A DNA stretch of 64,000 nt from IMGVR_UViG_2162886007_000107:124001-188000; one strand, 5' to 3'; counted from the stretch's first letter, positions 36,948 through 46,939 are shown. A program made the numbers and translations. The notes: generated from the letters alone by a model not told the origin.

Positions 36948-37943
36948 TTATGGAAGTGGCGTTGACGTAACTCCGTTGCCGCCTTGCACACCGCCGTGAA
37001 TATGTAGATTGAGACTGATAATAGCAGTCCGTACATCAGTAAGGCCAATAACAGTCCCAGTACTAACAGTGTTGCCAGTCCGGTCAACATCGCCCGTATG
37101 CGTGTACATCCCCGTTTGATCAAAGTTACCTTCCTGTTTATAGTTACCAACTTGTTCGGTGTTGCCGGTGTGTTCTTTGTTGCCCTTCCATTTGGTAAGA
37201 AGAATATCGATGAAAGCTTCTTGAGCTTGTATTCTAAGAGTCTTTGTTTTGAGGTTGACTTCATTGTCAGCAAACAAATTGAACTTGTCCGGAAGGTACA
37301 GGTTGCAAATCTGTTTGATGATGTTGAAAACAGCACCGTCTCGGTTGGTGTAAGTGAATGACCGTTCAATGTCATCGAACTTGAGATAACTGCCTTCGTT
37401 ACCCGCCCAACTGATGGTCCCGTTCTGTCCATCAAGAATGACGTCAAAGCGAGTAGGCTCACCGTTAGCCATACTGGTACGAGCAGTCATGATGCCGGTA
37501 CGAGTGTCAACCTTCATCACGTAGAAGTTATCCACGTTGAAGTCAGCGTTGGCATCCAGGGTAGGGTTAGCACTCCAACCCCACATGACCGACTCCATAC
37601 GGAACGTGTTGGGGTTTACGCCGTCTAGAGTCCAGTAGTAGGTGTTACCCCCTTGTACTGTGTAGATCGCTACAGGAGTGCCTTCCCGTACGTCAGGAGA
37701 GGTAATCCGGTTGCTGTCATCCATTCGCTTCCAAGTAGCTGGAATAGCGTTACTCTTTAACGTGTTACTCGATACATCCTCGCCAAAAGCGTTTTTACTC
37801 TTACGTTCAACCTGTTCAACTTTAGCAGCTACCCGTCCTTCAGCATGAGGAAACATACTGGGTAGATAGACCATAATGTCGTTGGTATTGGTGTCCTTGG
37901 TAGCAGCTACCTGACCCACACCTAAAAACTGCAATAAACTCAT
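36948..37943 (-). CDS. baseplate central spike (P2 gpV / T4 gp5-type)
   Basis: beta-helix-like repeats (GNKEHTGNTEQVGNYKQEGNFDQTGMYTHTG) ending in LHIHGGVQGGNGVTSTP, the HxH metal-binding apex. Confidence 0.85.
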   Translation of the reverse strand: MSLLQFLGVGQVAATKDTNTNDIMVYLPSMFPHAEGRVAAKVEQVERKSKNAFGEDVSSNTLKSNAIPATWKRMDDSNRITSPDVREGTPVAIYTVQGGNTYYWTLDGVNPNTFRMESVMWGWSANPTLDANADFNVDNFYVMKVDTRTGIMTARTSMANGEPTRFDVILDGQNGTISWAGNEGSYLKFDDIERSFTYTNRDGAVFNIIKQICNLYLPDKFNLFADNEVNLKTKTLRIQAQEAFIDILLTKWKGNKEHTGNTEQVGNYKQEGNFDQTGMYTHTGDVDRTGNTVSTGTVIGLTDVRTAIISLNLHIHGGVQGGNGVTSTPLP

Positions 37944-38000
37944 ACAACGGACCCCATACTTTAGAGTGGGATGAATACGTGGGATTAGGGAATCTATACC

Positions 38001-40469
38001 ATGCTTAAAAAGCTTATACTGGAAAATTACATTCCACTGTTATCCAGCGGTATCACTTCTGTCGAATTAGACATTAAGGGGATGGTGAACCTTTTCATCG
38101 CTCCCTCGGGGACTGGTAAAACAAGTATTCTGAAAGAACTCCATGCATTGCCACCTGAGAACGGTAATTACAAACAAGGTCGCAAGTATGTTGAGATCCA
38201 GCATCAAGGTAAGTTGTTTAAGTTGGATTCCAGAACCGGAGTAGGTAACGGACACAGTTTCAAGATTGGGGATGGTCCTGAACTGAACACTGGAGGAACT
38301 TTCAGTGCGCAGAAGGAACTGGTCTTCAACTACCTTGGTCGTATGAACTCTGATATTGTTAAAGTACTCAACGGATTGAAGATTCTTGATCGCTTATCAG
38401 CAATGTCGCCTAACCGTCGTAAAGATATCATCATGGCTGTGTATCCGAATGATACCAGTGAAGCACTTGATGTGTATCAAAAGCTCAAGACCGAACGTAA
38501 TGAGCTTAAGGCGACTATTAAAAATCAGGTAGCACGATTCACCGCGGAGAATGCAAAGCTTCAGCAGATCACCGCGACTGGTACAGCAGAACTGGAAGCA
38601 CGTATTAAACTCATTGACGAAGATGTAGCGAAGTCGTTGATGATGCGTGGTGAGTTGGCTAACATCAAAGCCAATCCAGAACTGCGGGTCAAGATGGAAC
38701 GATTCAACTTCCTTACAGACAAACTCTTGGTTAACAAACTGGGTGGTGGCCTGCATACGGAAGAAGAGTTGGTTAATGCATTGGGTACAGCTCAGAGTCT
38801 GATGGAAACTCATCAAGACCAGATGAATGTACTTAAGGGCATCATTGCTGAACACAGTGAGTTCTTGGATGGACTGGAGGATCTGTTAAAAGATCCAGAA
38901 GCCTTCCGTGAGCAAGCCAGGCATTTAGAAGAAGACATGGTGCGGACCAATCTTGGTTTGAGCCAGTATGATCAACTTCTTTTGCGAGCAGACGTATTTA
39001 ACGATCCAGATACACCTTTAGACGGCCTACAGCACATCGTAGAAGCGTTTAAAACTTACTTGAATGACGTTGTCATGGCCAGCAGTGAAGACCTCACTAG
39101 AGCCACTTACAGGAAGTATCTGACTGATGATGAAGAACTGGGTAACCTTATCCGGAACCGCACTAATCAGTTAGAAGACTTGCGTCATAAGCTCAAGCAT
39201 TATCAGTCGATGGATCATGTTGAGTGTCCAGACTGTAACAGTAAGTTCAAGGTGGGTGTAACTCAGCAGGATATTGAGCGTCTGCAAGGTGACATTGTTC
39301 TAGCCACAGAGTTCTTGGAGACTTGTAAAGCGCGGAAAGAAAAGCTTCGTGCCAAGATCGACAATGATGCTGAGTGGTATCGTGGGATGAACAACTTGTA
39401 CGACTTCGTAAGAAGTAACGCGCAGGTTCGTTGCTTGCCGGAACTGGTCAAGGCTTACAACATCGGCAAAGCACCTTCTAATGTACTGTGTAACGTCCTT
39501 AGTGCTTACGTAGAGAGCGTTGAGCTTAAGCGTTACAAAGCAGTACTGGCCGAAGAAGAAAAGATCGTTAAGAGCCGTTTGGACTTAATCAACCGAGAAG
39601 GTCTGACAGACACTGCCGAATACGTAACCCGTAAAGAAGCAGAGTTGTCCAAGTCGACTGGGTTGATGCAGTACTATCAAGGTAAGGTAACTACTCTTAC
39701 TGCGGAACTTAATAACGTCAGGTTCTACCAGCGTGATCTGGAAGAGCTGCGTTCACTGCGTCGTGAGATCTTTGCAGACTTTGCTAACCAGGCTAACGTC
39801 AAGCTGCGTGGTGCATTGGATGAACACGTCAGCCAGCTTCAAAGCGAAAAGAAAGAAGCCATGATGGGGTTGATTAGCGCCAGCAGTCTAACTGCGGTAG
39901 TACAATCCATCTCAGCCGACATTGAAATGAAGAAACGTCGGTTGGCTATCGTTGAAGTATGGATGGACGGCATTTGTCCTAATAAAGGTTTGATCGGTAA
40001 GCTGATGGGCGATTTCATTAATTCCCTCTGTGGGAACATTAATGCGACCATCAAACGTTTCTGGAACACTACTTTGTACATCAAGCCATGTGCAAAAGAG
40101 AACGGTGACCTGAACTACAAATTCCCGGTAGTAACTGGGGATAAGGAACCAACTCCAGACGTCAGCGATTGCAGTGGTGGTGAAACCGATGCAGTTGACT
40201 GGGCTTTCCGATTTGTTCTTATGGATTACGTGGGCTTCCCTTTCCCGTTGGTATTGGATGAGGTGGGTATCACGTTCGATGAAATCAAAAGGGGTCGATT
40301 CTTGGACTTCCTCAAAGATTACACCATGGGCAAGAACCCGCGTCAGCTCTTTATGGCTTCGCACTACTTCGCTCAATACGGTGTTTTCAACAAGCCGAAC
40401 ATCATTGGTTTACGACACGAGGGACTCACCTTACCAGGCCAGGCCAACACGAATACTGTGATTGCGTAG
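38001..40469 (+). CDS. sbcC: SbcC/Rad50-like SMC ATPase
   Basis: Walker A APSGTGKTS, coiled coils, zinc hook CPDC, signature CSGGE, Walker B LVLDE. Confidence 0.9.
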   Translation: MLKKLILENYIPLLSSGITSVELDIKGMVNLFIAPSGTGKTSILKELHALPPENGNYKQGRKYVEIQHQGKLFKLDSRTGVGNGHSFKIGDGPELNTGGTFSAQKELVFNYLGRMNSDIVKVLNGLKILDRLSAMSPNRRKDIIMAVYPNDTSEALDVYQKLKTERNELKATIKNQVARFTAENAKLQQITATGTAELEARIKLIDEDVAKSLMMRGELANIKANPELRVKMERFNFLTDKLLVNKLGGGLHTEEELVNALGTAQSLMETHQDQMNVLKGIIAEHSEFLDGLEDLLKDPEAFREQARHLEEDMVRTNLGLSQYDQLLLRADVFNDPDTPLDGLQHIVEAFKTYLNDVVMASSEDLTRATYRKYLTDDEELGNLIRNRTNQLEDLRHKLKHYQSMDHVECPDCNSKFKVGVTQQDIERLQGDIVLATEFLETCKARKEKLRAKIDNDAEWYRGMNNLYDFVRSNAQVRCLPELVKAYNIGKAPSNVLCNVLSAYVESVELKRYKAVLAEEEKIVKSRLDLINREGLTDTAEYVTRKEAELSKSTGLMQYYQGKVTTLTAELNNVRFYQRDLEELRSLRREIFADFANQANVKLRGALDEHVSQLQSEKKEAMMGLISASSLTAVVQSISADIEMKKRRLAIVEVWMDGICPNKGLIGKLMGDFINSLCGNINATIKRFWNTTLYIKPCAKENGDLNYKFPVVTGDKEPTPDVSDCSGGETDAVDWAFRFVLMDYVGFPFPLVLDEVGITFDEIKRGRFLDFLKDYTMGKNPRQLFMASHYFAQYGVFNKPNIIGLRHEGLTLPGQANTNTVIA

Positions 40470-40504
40470 GAAAATAACAGACCTACATTATCTGGTTAGT
40501 GTTA

Positions 40505-40528
40505 GGAGAACGGATTCGTCTGTTCTCC
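40505..40528 (+). promoter_or_regulatory. UUCG-capped hairpin in operon leader
   Basis: GGAGAACGGA-TTCG-TCTGTTCTCC, no U tract. Confidence 0.55.
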
Positions 40529-40592
40529 GGTAAGGTTAGTCAAAACTCTATGGGTCTTAAGCCAATTCCTAACTATTCCGGAGTATCTCCTA

Positions 40593-40865
40593 ATGCAACT
40601 CTCAGTATCCGTAACGCAAGATGATGTGGGGGCTCTGGTTCCCTCACCGATGGGGCATGGCGTTGCTTACGTCACCATCAACCACAACGATTCGCCGAAG
40701 AGTGCAATCATCAGTTTTGCTGGCATTAACCAGGCGGTCGCTACATTCGATGACTTCGGTACTCGTGCGCTGACCTACAACCTGCTTAACCCAGGCGCCT
40801 GTATGGTCATTCAGCGGTCTGTGGAAAACATCATCGAACACATGAATAACAACATGTTGGGGTGA
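40593..40865 (+). CDS. hypothetical protein
   Basis: 90 aa, GGAG RBS, first gene of the accessory region. Confidence 0.75.
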   Translation: MQLSVSVTQDDVGALVPSPMGHGVAYVTINHNDSPKSAIISFAGINQAVATFDDFGTRALTYNLLNPGACMVIQRSVENIIEHMNNNMLG

Positions 40866-40869
40866 GTCT

Positions 40870-41307
40870 ATGTCTCTGGATCGCGCTGCTGTAATTCGTA
40901 ATGCTAAACAACTGGCTGTTAGTCTTGGTCTTGACCCCAAGAATGTAGTACTTTCTGCCGGTTCCGCTTTGGTGTTGATGGGGCTTCGAAAAACTACCAG
41001 TGACTTGGATGTTGACGTTCCTAAAGAGTTCTTTGAAAAGCAGAAAGCACGGAAAGGAGCCAAACAAGGCATTATCGGTGAATACGTTGAATGGGATGGG
41101 ATCACTGATCTTCACCCTATCCTGTCAGAGTCAACTGTGGGGAAGGTAACAGTTGACTATGAAGGTGTGCGTGTTTACCACCCGGAATACCTTCTTGCTG
41201 TAAAAGAAGTAATGGTTGCTCACCCTGATCGCCAGCAGGATAAGGCTGCTCAGGATCGTAAAGACATCAAAGCGCTCAAAGAACTTTTGGAGCGTGTAGA
41301 AGCATAA
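40870..41307 (+). CDS. small Pol-beta-superfamily nucleotidyltransferase (intact GS...DxD)
   Basis: GSALVLMGLRKTTSDLDV motif; C-terminal K..QD..D..L helix. Confidence 0.75.
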   Translation: MSLDRAAVIRNAKQLAVSLGLDPKNVVLSAGSALVLMGLRKTTSDLDVDVPKEFFEKQKARKGAKQGIIGEYVEWDGITDLHPILSESTVGKVTVDYEGVRVYHPEYLLAVKEVMVAHPDRQQDKAAQDRKDIKALKELLERVEA

Positions 41308-41333
41308 CGTAAACCTCTGCCAAGGCATCTTAA

Positions 41334-41789
41334 ATGTCCAAGAAAATCACTTCCGTCAACCACGTGAACGAACTTGTTTACTCTTTCGCCAATGTCCATC
41401 AGGTTCCTGTTACGGATATGGTAGTGGGAGGCGGCGCTGCCCTCATGGCGCATGGATTGCGTGATGAGACTGATGACATCAACGTATGGATCGAAGAAGG
41501 TTATTTCGCTCGCCTGGCTGAACGTGAGAAGGTTATCTGTCACCCAATGACTGATACTGCTTTCAAGATCGATCATGCCGGTATCGAATTCTGGATTCGC
41601 AAGCTCAACCCGTATCACCAGTATGAACGCCTGGGGGTTCTGGAGGTTTACGGAGTGCTTGCACTGATCGTTCAGAAGCGTGGCGGTATTCTCCGTCCTG
41701 AACGACCAAAGGTCAAACGAGATCAAGATCGGGAAGACCTGATCAAACTCGACGTGATCTATCGCGAACGTAACAAAGTTTACGCTTGA
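41334..41789 (+). CDS. nucleotidyltransferase paralog with degenerate active site (DxN)
   Basis: GAALMAHGLRDETDDINV aligns without gaps to the previous gene; KRDQDREDL tail. Confidence 0.7.
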   Translation: MSKKITSVNHVNELVYSFANVHQVPVTDMVVGGGAALMAHGLRDETDDINVWIEEGYFARLAEREKVICHPMTDTAFKIDHAGIEFWIRKLNPYHQYERLGVLEVYGVLALIVQKRGGILRPERPKVKRDQDREDLIKLDVIYRERNKVYA

Positions 41790-41795
41790 GTATTA

Positions 41796-41824
41796 CCTGG
41801 CAGCCCTCATAAGGGGCTGCCAGG
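41796..41824 (+). terminator. hairpin, terminator candidate
   Basis: CCTGGCAGCCC-TCATAAG-GGGCTGCCAGG. Confidence 0.6.
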
Positions 41825-41862
41825 CTACCCTTATAGCTGCTATTTCAAATTTCGAGGTTCCT

Positions 41863-43815
41863 ATGCAGCACGAGGCCGATATCTTTAAGCGGATGGAAGA
41901 CCTGAGTAATCAAATTTCCAAACACGCTTATTTGTACTTTTACAAAGACAAATCTATCATCTCCGACTTTGCTTACGACGAGCTGACCAAGCAATTTAAA
42001 CAACTGTGCAAGGATCACCCTAAACTAGCCGAACTGTTTGAGATCAGAAACAAACCAGTCCCTATTCGGGAACCTGGCGGTCAAGGTCTGAAGGTTATTA
42101 CCTTTAATGAGCCGATGCTTAGTCTGGATAAGGTTTATACCCTAGACGAAATCGAACGGTTTAAAGCCAAGTTCCCTAAAGACACAGCTTTCTTTTACGA
42201 GCTGAAGTTGGACGGTTTGGCGCTGGAGATTGAATACAAGGACTGGAAGCTGTTTCGGATCACAACTCGTGGTAGTGGGCTGAGTGGTGAGGACGTTACT
42301 CACTCGCTGCCTTTGTTTGATAATTTACTGATGGACCTTCCACCTCATTTCCCACCTGACTTTAAAGTGCGCGGTGAAGCGATAGTTAGTTACGAGAACT
42401 ATCACATCTATAACGAAGCAGCCGCTAAGCCAGCCAAGAGTCCGCGTAATGCGGTTAGTGGTTGGGTACGAGCCCTTAAGAAGAACCAAAATAAGCAAGC
42501 CTTTGGTTTAGTTTACTTCTACGTTTACTGGGTAAATGATTCCCTTGGGTGCAAAACCTACGAGGATCTGCGTAATCAGTTGTTTAACGCTGGGTTCAAT
42601 GCTCCTCCACAGGCTTCCATGGAAGCGATCCGTGATGAAGTCGATAGTCAAGATTGGCCTGCTGACGGTATTGTCATTAAGGTCAATGACCTGGAGCTGC
42701 GTAAAGCAACAGGAGAAAACAATCAGTTCCCATTGTGGGCTACTGCTTGGAAGTATCCAAACAAAGAACTGACCACTCCTATCGAAGACGTTGAATGGAA
42801 TACAGGTATGACTGGCCGGGTAACACCAGTTGGTATTTATAACCCGGTTCATTTCGGTAGCGTGGAATGTAGTCGTGCTTCTATCGACAACTACTTCCAG
42901 TTCATGAAGCTCGGTCTACGCAAAGGCAGCGTCGTTACTGTTAGTAGAAACGGCGATGTTATCCCGCGTATTGTTGAGATGGTTGAGGAGGGAGATGGCG
43001 AACACTTCCAGGCTCCAGAGACCTGCCCAAGCTGCGGTAGTCTCTTGGAAGTACGTAAGGGCAAAACCAGTGCTGATCTCATCTGTAACAACGTTGTAGA
43101 GTGTCCTGAGCAGCTCATGCGTCGTTGTGAAGAGATGGTTAGCAAGAAGTGCTTGGACATTGAAGGTTTAGGCCCTGTGAAGATTGCAGAGCTTATTGAA
43201 GGTGGCCATGTTACTCGTACCGCCGACATTTTTAAGACGATGATTCCGATGCCTCCTAAAGCTTTAATCCAACTGCTTAGTTGTCAGGAGCAGCCGGCGC
43301 ACATCATCATCAAGGCATTGGGTCTACCAAAGATCGACTTGACTCGTGCTAAGAAGTTGGCAAGCGCTTGGCCTAGAGATACCAGTTTGATCGAGTTCCT
43401 CAAGGACACTGATCAACTCATGGCTATTGACGGTATTTCTGCGGGGATTGCTTTCCCTATTGCCAAGATCATGAAGAACGCGGACTTTGTAGCCAATGCT
43501 GAGGCTATCCTTGCTGTCCTTAAAGAAGATAGTTCCAAGGATAAGCAAGAGTACTGGATCAAAGGTTGCATCACAGGTTCTCTGGGGCAGTCTAGAGACG
43601 AACTAAAGGAGGTGTTTGGTGAACACGGCATTGAGCTAGTAGAAGACCTGACTAAGGACTGTCAGTTCCTTATTGTGGGCGAGCGTCCGGGGTTAAGTAA
43701 GAAATTAAAAGCAACTGAGCTGGGCATCGCTATAGTCGAAGGATCTAACGCGACCAGTATCGAAAAACTCATTGAAGAAATCAAATCAAGGGTACCGGGT
43801 AATGTCAACTCCTAA
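41863..43815 (+). CDS. ligA: NAD-dependent DNA ligase
   Basis: ISDFAYD (domain Ia), ELKLDG (adenylated K), RGEA, DGIVIK, AWKY, TG.VTP, CPSC..C..C zinc finger, C-terminal BRCT. Confidence 0.95.
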   Translation: MQHEADIFKRMEDLSNQISKHAYLYFYKDKSIISDFAYDELTKQFKQLCKDHPKLAELFEIRNKPVPIREPGGQGLKVITFNEPMLSLDKVYTLDEIERFKAKFPKDTAFFYELKLDGLALEIEYKDWKLFRITTRGSGLSGEDVTHSLPLFDNLLMDLPPHFPPDFKVRGEAIVSYENYHIYNEAAAKPAKSPRNAVSGWVRALKKNQNKQAFGLVYFYVYWVNDSLGCKTYEDLRNQLFNAGFNAPPQASMEAIRDEVDSQDWPADGIVIKVNDLELRKATGENNQFPLWATAWKYPNKELTTPIEDVEWNTGMTGRVTPVGIYNPVHFGSVECSRASIDNYFQFMKLGLRKGSVVTVSRNGDVIPRIVEMVEEGDGEHFQAPETCPSCGSLLEVRKGKTSADLICNNVVECPEQLMRRCEEMVSKKCLDIEGLGPVKIAELIEGGHVTRTADIFKTMIPMPPKALIQLLSCQEQPAHIIIKALGLPKIDLTRAKKLASAWPRDTSLIEFLKDTDQLMAIDGISAGIAFPIAKIMKNADFVANAEAILAVLKEDSSKDKQEYWIKGCITGSLGQSRDELKEVFGEHGIELVEDLTKDCQFLIVGERPGLSKKLKATELGIAIVEGSNATSIEKLIEEIKSRVPGNVNS

Positions 43816-45334
43816 AGCAAAAGACATCATCAAAGATATGACCGCTGTGATCAATAACGCCAAGGCTACTCCCAAAGATGTGGAGTTGGCTACCAAAATC
43901 GTCAACGGCGCAGTTAGTGGGAAACCAGGTGCCGGCCTCAAGCCTAGCCTCAAACTGGTCGATGTCAAACTCAAGCCAGTCGAAAAAGCGGCAGATAAGC
44001 CGGATGCGGCCGTAAAGGGTCCTTCTCCGGTCTTCAAGCAAGAGCATCGTTACGGTCGTAAAGTCACCACCAAGGTTGCTCTTTCCCAAGTGGGTGAAGA
44101 AATCGTCAGCATTGAAGATTTCGATCGCATGACTACTGGTGTAGTGGTGATGGGTCGTCTGCTGCAGCCGGTAGAAACCCGCGAGGCTAACAACCTGCGT
44201 GGTGGTTTCAGCAGTGGTTTCCGTCGCATGGACCATGAGGACGATCTGGATGATCCGTTCCTCATCAATACCTATCAGCATACTCGCGGCGCTGACTTCC
44301 TGAACGTTAATGGTGAAGACAAAACTCCGTTCAACGTTTATCGCTTTACCTTGAACAATCGAGCCACTACTGTCCTGATGGATGAAACGTCCAAACTGCG
44401 GCTCGGCGAAAACCAAGGCGATGGCGTTGAATGGGATCTGCGCGATGAGCACATCAACCGTGATGGTCCCGTTATCATCATCATGAAGAACTCTATCGCG
44501 GTCGATTGCCACTTCTACGATCAGGTTACCCTGGTTGGTGTTATAGCCAAGGAAAGCACCTTCCAGTCTTCGGCTGTTGCCAATTACGAACAGCCTCCTG
44601 TGATGATGAATCGTCTTCCTTGGAGTTCGCGTCGTCGTTACCACTACAGCTTCAAGAAAGAACAGCGTACGCAAATCACTGGTACTACCTTGACCAACAT
44701 GGTTATCGACAACTCCGATATCCCTGCCGGTGGTAGTTACTACAACGGTAACATTCGCGATTCGATCATCGAATGCCCTGGCCAGGTCACCTTCCGTGAT
44801 GCTTCGGTTTACGAGTCCACTGTGAAAGCAGTAAATCGTCTGTTCCTGGGCAAGGTAACCATGAAGGCTTGCAGCATTGAAGCCAAAGGCGAAATCCGTC
44901 TGCACATGCCATCATTGACCGACATGTGGCTGCGCGCTGACAGTATCTATGCTCGCAACAAGTTCGCGATCACCAAGATCGAAGTACCTAACCCAGCACA
45001 CACGGATGACTACACCCTCATCCGCACCAGCAGCCAGGAAATGATCCTGCAACTCGGTCGCAACGGTGAGTTCACCATCAAGCTGGGTGCCGAACCTTGG
45101 TCGTTGGCTCACGAACTGCGTGAATGGTTGCGCAAGAATGACCTGCCGGAAGAGAACGAAGCCAAGGGTACCCCTGACGCCCCGTACTCGCCGATCACTG
45201 AGTCGGTTCACACTTACGTGATCGACACTGTCATCTCGCGTATTAAAGTCATCAACATGTTGGATGACACGGTCGAAACCGCTCGCAACTTGGAATCCAA
45301 GGATATGAGCCGTTACTTCCACCGTTACTTCTAA
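43802..45334 (+). CDS. hypothetical protein with basic N-terminus and central beta-solenoid-like region
   Basis: ATG 43802 (MSTPKAK); repeated short beta units (LTNMVIDNSDI...IRDSII...VYESTV). Confidence 0.7.
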   Translation: MSTPKAKDIIKDMTAVINNAKATPKDVELATKIVNGAVSGKPGAGLKPSLKLVDVKLKPVEKAADKPDAAVKGPSPVFKQEHRYGRKVTTKVALSQVGEEIVSIEDFDRMTTGVVVMGRLLQPVETREANNLRGGFSSGFRRMDHEDDLDDPFLINTYQHTRGADFLNVNGEDKTPFNVYRFTLNNRATTVLMDETSKLRLGENQGDGVEWDLRDEHINRDGPVIIIMKNSIAVDCHFYDQVTLVGVIAKESTFQSSAVANYEQPPVMMNRLPWSSRRRYHYSFKKEQRTQITGTTLTNMVIDNSDIPAGGSYYNGNIRDSIIECPGQVTFRDASVYESTVKAVNRLFLGKVTMKACSIEAKGEIRLHMPSLTDMWLRADSIYARNKFAITKIEVPNPAHTDDYTLIRTSSQEMILQLGRNGEFTIKLGAEPWSLAHELREWLRKNDLPEENEAKGTPDAPYSPITESVHTYVIDTVISRIKVINMLDDTVETARNLESKDMSRYFHRYF

Positions 45335-45344
45335 CAGCAACATG

Positions 45345-45373
45345 TAGGGTATGGGGTCTGACCCCATACCCTA
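45345..45373 (+). terminator. hairpin, terminator candidate
   Basis: TAGGGTATGGGGT-CTG-ACCCCATACCCTA. Confidence 0.65.
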
Positions 45374-45386
45374 TTAGGAGCCTATT

Positions 45387-45938
45387 GTGTCAAAGCCGTG
45401 GAAACACTTTAAGAAAGCTCCAAAGGTACCAGTTTTACAGGATCCCCATATCGTCTATACGGACGGTAGTTCTTTGGGGAATCCTGGTCCAGGTGGGTAT
45501 GGTGTAGTTGCCATCCACGGAACCACAGTAGTGAAGATGTCTAAAGGTTACAAGCACACTACTAATAACCGCATGGAGATCATGGCGGTCATTGCAGCGC
45601 TTGAAGAATTTGGACCGAACCAGCAATTTATCATTGCTACTGATTCGCAGTATGTGATTAACGGTTCTACTATCTGGATGAAAGGTTGGGTTCGTAATGA
45701 CTGGATCGGTACCATGTCAGGTGAGCCTATTAAAAATGGTGATCTATGGAAGATCATGAACGAGTTGCTCAAAGTCAACAAAGTCGTGTTCTTCAAAGTG
45801 AAGGGTCACTCAGGCGATCCTTTGAACGACGCTGCGGATGCACTTGCAGTTGCAGCAGCCAAAGACAACCCGGAAACTATCGATGAAGGGTACATTGCAT
45901 CGCTTTCTCATAGTGAGGACACCAATGGAAGAGTTTAG
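45387..45938 (+). CDS. rnhA: ribonuclease HI
   Basis: VYTDGSSLGNPGPGGYG, TTNNRMEIMA, TDSQYVING, KNGDLW, VKGHSG...N..ADALA. Confidence 0.95.
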   Translation: MSKPWKHFKKAPKVPVLQDPHIVYTDGSSLGNPGPGGYGVVAIHGTTVVKMSKGYKHTTNNRMEIMAVIAALEEFGPNQQFIIATDSQYVINGSTIWMKGWVRNDWIGTMSGEPIKNGDLWKIMNELLKVNKVVFFKVKGHSGDPLNDAADALAVAAAKDNPETIDEGYIASLSHSEDTNGRV

Positions 45939-46257
45939 CATTCTGCAAGTAATCGTCACTTCTGAATTGGAAGAGACGTATCACAAGTACCTCAACTTCA
46001 GCAAGTTCCCGGAAATCCGTGTTGTAGACAAACTGTCGGCCAGTACTCTGTTGCCTCGTAAAAGTGACGCCCATAATCACGGCAAAGTCTTCTTGGAACA
46101 GCTCCTGGTTGGCGGGCCTTTGGGTCGGGGCTTTCTCAAGCAACACGATGCAGTAGGTGTCGGGGTTCGTCTTATTCACTATAGCGGTGAGTTTGCAACC
46201 TCGATGGTGTCTGAGATCGAGCATGTAGGCAGTGTGACTATTAGCAAGGGGAAGTAA
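45925..46257 (+). CDS. hypothetical protein
   Basis: GAGGA RBS, ATG 45925 (MEEFSIL). Confidence 0.7.
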   Translation: MEEFSILQVIVTSELEETYHKYLNFSKFPEIRVVDKLSASTLLPRKSDAHNHGKVFLEQLLVGGPLGRGFLKQHDAVGVGVRLIHYSGEFATSMVSEIEHVGSVTISKGK

Positions 46258-46577
46258 TGAACAAGCTTATTGTGGGTCTGGTCTGTTCCATTGTTCTCCT
46301 TGCTGGCTGCAAGGTAGAAGGTGTCGAAAGCACTGGAACTATGGACATGATAGTAAACAAAGTTGATATGTTCAGCCAGTACAACAGCACCGTCGATTTG
46401 GCGGATCTGAATACCGGTAAAGTTTATACCAAACAACGTCTAGAATGTTCTACTGAACGAGCATTCAAGATTGAAGTTGGTACCGTGTGGGATGTGCAAT
46501 ACAAAGACATCAAGAAAGACGGGGTGGTAACTCGTAAGCTGGTGGACGTTCGCAGGATCTGCGATCGAAGTCAATAG
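46257..46577 (+). CDS. putative lipoprotein
   Basis: MNK + hydrophobic core + lipobox LAG-C. Confidence 0.75.
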   Translation: MNKLIVGLVCSIVLLAGCKVEGVESTGTMDMIVNKVDMFSQYNSTVDLADLNTGKVYTKQRLECSTERAFKIEVGTVWDVQYKDIKKDGVVTRKLVDVRRICDRSQ

Positions 46578-46588
46578 GGGAGGGGGTC

Positions 46589-46939
46589 ATGAAACACGAC
46601 AGTTATCAATTAGAGCAGCACTTTGGATTATTGTGTGACAAAGCTGAAACGACTCAACGTTTCTACACATTCGATGATCCTCGTTATTGCGTGTTGTTCC
46701 GTTGTATTCAGGAGCCAGCTACACCGGTCTACAAAGGGGCTGTTCAGACCATTGGTACGCAGCCTCGCTACCTGCTGTACATTTACGATTCGCAGAACTA
46801 TAACGGTTCTGTTGCTTACAAGGTTACCAAAGAAGGTATCCTAGGGTTGAATGGTCGACCTGAACAAGTTGCAGAACAAAAGCTTTTGATTGGCGACATC
46901 GTAGCGCGGGTTGTTAATCAAGTATTAGGTAGACCTTAA
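46589..46939 (+). CDS. hypothetical protein
   Basis: 116 aa, GGAGG RBS. Confidence 0.75.
   Translation: MKHDSYQLEQHFGLLCDKAETTQRFYTFDDPRYCVLFRCIQEPATPVYKGAVQTIGTQPRYLLYIYDSQNYNGSVAYKVTKEGILGLNGRPEQVAEQKLLIGDIVARVVNQVLGRP

Noticed and set aside
45387-45938. RNase H as part of a retroelement or retron
   Set aside because: No reverse transcriptase (YxDD) ORF is in the window; this is a normal phiKZ-type replication gene.
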